NCBI GenBank assembly: GCA_963738405.1
Contig: CAVTWJ010000007.1
Span: forward strand, 1-36,089
DNA: 36,089 nucleotides
Direction of reading: 5' to 3'
Source of the DNA: a candidate division FCPU426 bacterium
GTDB taxonomy: Bacteria > Oederibacteriota > Muellerivitia > Muellerivitales > Muellerivitaceae
Part shown: in pieces, positions 34,414 through 36,089 of the stretch
How the letters are laid out: each line of letters starts with the position of its first letter
How positions within the stretch are numbered: the stretch's first letter is position 1
Made by a program: the position numbers and the translations under genes
Notes under the pieces: model-generated
Database searches by the model: none
What the model saw: the letters and a program-made list of their open reading frames with translations, nothing else
What the model was told of the DNA's origin: nothing

Positions 34414-36089
34414 ATGATGCGTTTTTATTTCTGCCACACACCTTTTTTTTCAAAAAGATGGGTTCTCTTCGGCTTAATGCTGACGGGTTTTTGTTTTTTT
34501 TCCTGCCCTTCCTTTGCCCAAACCTGCAGTAACAATACTTCCAACGTACCCAATCTTTGCATCACGGTTTCGCCCACGAACCCCTCTCCCGGGTCTTCCA
34601 TCACCCTCACCGCCAATTATTGCAGCCAGGTTACGGGAGGCAACGGCACGGAGTTCGTGGTGGCCTTGAACAACAATGCCGCCACGGTTCAAGGCTGTCC
34701 GACCTCGGGACAAATATTCCTGGTGGATTTGAACGGCAAAAATGTCAATGACACCAACCCCTGCGGGGCCAGCAGCGGGTGCGATATCGGCTACTACATG
34801 AATGATGAGGCTTCCAACAGCAGCGGTTCACCCTGCACCAGCAACCATTCCGTCACATGGGTTTTAACCGTTCCCACCGGTATTCAGGTCGGCGGCACCT
34901 ATAACGTGGTTGTCGCGGCCGGCGGATACACCAACCTGAGATGCAGCGGAACCCTTTCAAACCTCGTTTCGGTACCCATCACCATTCCGCTTCCCCCTCC
35001 TGCCATTTCAGCCTCCAAAAACGTGGAGGAAAGCGGAACGACGGTTAATCCTGGGGATCTTTTGTTGTTTCCTATTAATTATTCCTTTGTGAATACCACT
35101 GGTTTTATTATCTCGGATACGGTTCCGCCATTTACCACTTTGGTTTCCGCCGGCCCGCCGGCAATCGAAAGCGGGGCGGGGCCTGGCGCGGGACCGGGGA
35201 GCGGTGTGACTTGGTCGCTGGGAGCCGCCACCACTCAAACGACCGGTGAGGTTTGGATGCTGGTTCGGGTCAATTCAGGAGCCTCCGGGCCCATTTCGGG
35301 CACGGCCATTACTAATACCGCTTCCATTACTTCCAACGATTTCACCACGCCTCTTTCCACCGATACCGCCTCGGTCACCGTGGGGGCCGGGTACACCCTC
35401 ACGAAAAGCCAGTCCCCCGGTCCCTTTCTTCCCGGGCAAAACATTACCTATGTGCTGAATTACAGCCACAGTGGCCAGAGCCTGCAACTATTCGATTCCT
35501 ACGATAACGACACGGTTGGAACTAACGGCAACGCGATCCAAGGGTTTGACACCACCCCCTATTCGGCCTCGGCGGGGGTTTCTTTTACCACCGCTTCCGA
35601 TAGCCAGAACAACCATTACATTGTGGCGCAGTCCTGCCTGGGACAATCCCAAAGCACGACCTGCACCACTTTTGGTTCACTGTTAAGAACCGGACCGACA
35701 GTGAATATCTGCAGCGGCTACACGGTCGAGGGGAATTTGTATATCCCGGCGGGTGATCCCGAGGGGGCCGACGCCCATATGGTGATCGCTTCCTCCGGAA
35801 CCAACGCTTATATGGTCGGAATTTCCCTGGACAATTATCCAGGCAATTTTTTTCTTCAAAAAAACCTGTCCGGAGTTGTGACCGACCCTGTCACGATGCT
35901 TAACCCCGCCATTGGCACCACCATCACCGCCGGGGTCTGGTACACCGAATTAGCCAAAATCACCTATCTATCCGCCACGAGCCTCCAAATTTGCGCTTCC
36001 ATTTGGCCGACCGGAGGCACCCAGCCCATCGGATGGACCTTTTGCTATACCGACACAACCCCTCTTCCCTGCGGGCAATACCAGATCGG
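34414..36089 (+). CDS. Secreted Cys/Thr/Ser-rich surface protein with DUF11-like Ig domains; partial, runs off window
   Basis: Not in the ORF track; translated by hand from ATG 34414: MMRFYFCHTPFFSKRWVLFGLMLTGFCFFSCPSFA|QTCSNN...ISASKNVEESGTTVNPGDLLLFPINY...IISDTVP...VTWSLG...ITNTASITS...TLTKSQSPGPFLPGQNITYVLNY. No stop codon before the window end. Confidence 0.8.
   Translation, partial: MMRFYFCHTPFFSKRWVLFGLMLTGFCFFSCPSFAQTCSNNTSNVPNLCITVSPTNPSPGSSITLTANYCSQVTGGNGTEFVVALNNNAATVQGCPTSGQIFLVDLNGKNVNDTNPCGASSGCDIGYYMNDEASNSSGSPCTSNHSVTWVLTVPTGIQVGGTYNVVVAAGGYTNLRCSGTLSNLVSVPITIPLPPPAISASKNVEESGTTVNPGDLLLFPINYSFVNTTGFIISDTVPPFTTLVSAGPPAIESGAGPGAGPGSGVTWSLGAATTQTTGEVWMLVRVNSGASGPISGTAITNTASITSNDFTTPLSTDTASVTVGAGYTLTKSQSPGPFLPGQNITYVLNYSHSGQSLQLFDSYDNDTVGTNGNAIQGFDTTPYSASAGVSFTTASDSQNNHYIVAQSCLGQSQSTTCTTFGSLLRTGPTVNICSGYTVEGNLYIPAGDPEGADAHMVIASSGTNAYMVGISLDNYPGNFFLQKNLSGVVTDPVTMLNPAIGTTITAGVWYTELAKITYLSATSLQICASIWPTGGTQPIGWTFCYTDTTPLPCGQYQI

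Noticed and set aside
34335..34532. 65-aa ORF, and T8 tracts (34443-34450, 34494-34501) as a phase-variation switch
   Set aside because: The main frame from 34414 is already open with a good signal peptide; T8 runs are short and are explained by Phe codons.

Overview
Bacterial chromosomal window, mostly GC-rich, with cell-envelope gene content typical of a diderm. Left to right: (1) a minus-strand operon of a tandem double alpha/beta-hydrolase, a polytopic SpeE/methyltransferase-like protein and a signal-peptide-bearing PIMT (pcm-like) that runs off the left edge; (2) a SpoIID/LytB gene divergent from a thioester (CAEQ) alpha-2-macroglobulin with an unusual ~500-aa multi-TM N-terminus, followed by pbpC; (3) an AT-rich ~410-bp array of nested palindromes with five alternating-orientation 15-bp sites, directly upstream of an orphan winged-HTH gene (the most unusual element here); (4) a low-GC island of two RxxxxH (HEPN-like) genes bracketed by IS3-like termini that abut a shared GGG(T/C)CAGGC motif; (5) a dipZ - Met/Lys-rich small protein - TPR block flanked by a diverged ~108-bp direct repeat; (6) four GT-C-type membrane proteins (double O-antigen-ligase-like, two YfhO-like, TMTC-like), two of which carry in-frame CACCAAGA repeat segments; (7) a secreted Cys/Thr/Ser-rich DUF11-like protein preceded by four LacI-type operator-like sites, running off the right edge. 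No rRNA, tRNA or CRISPR array was seen. All family calls come from motif recognition by eye, not database searches.
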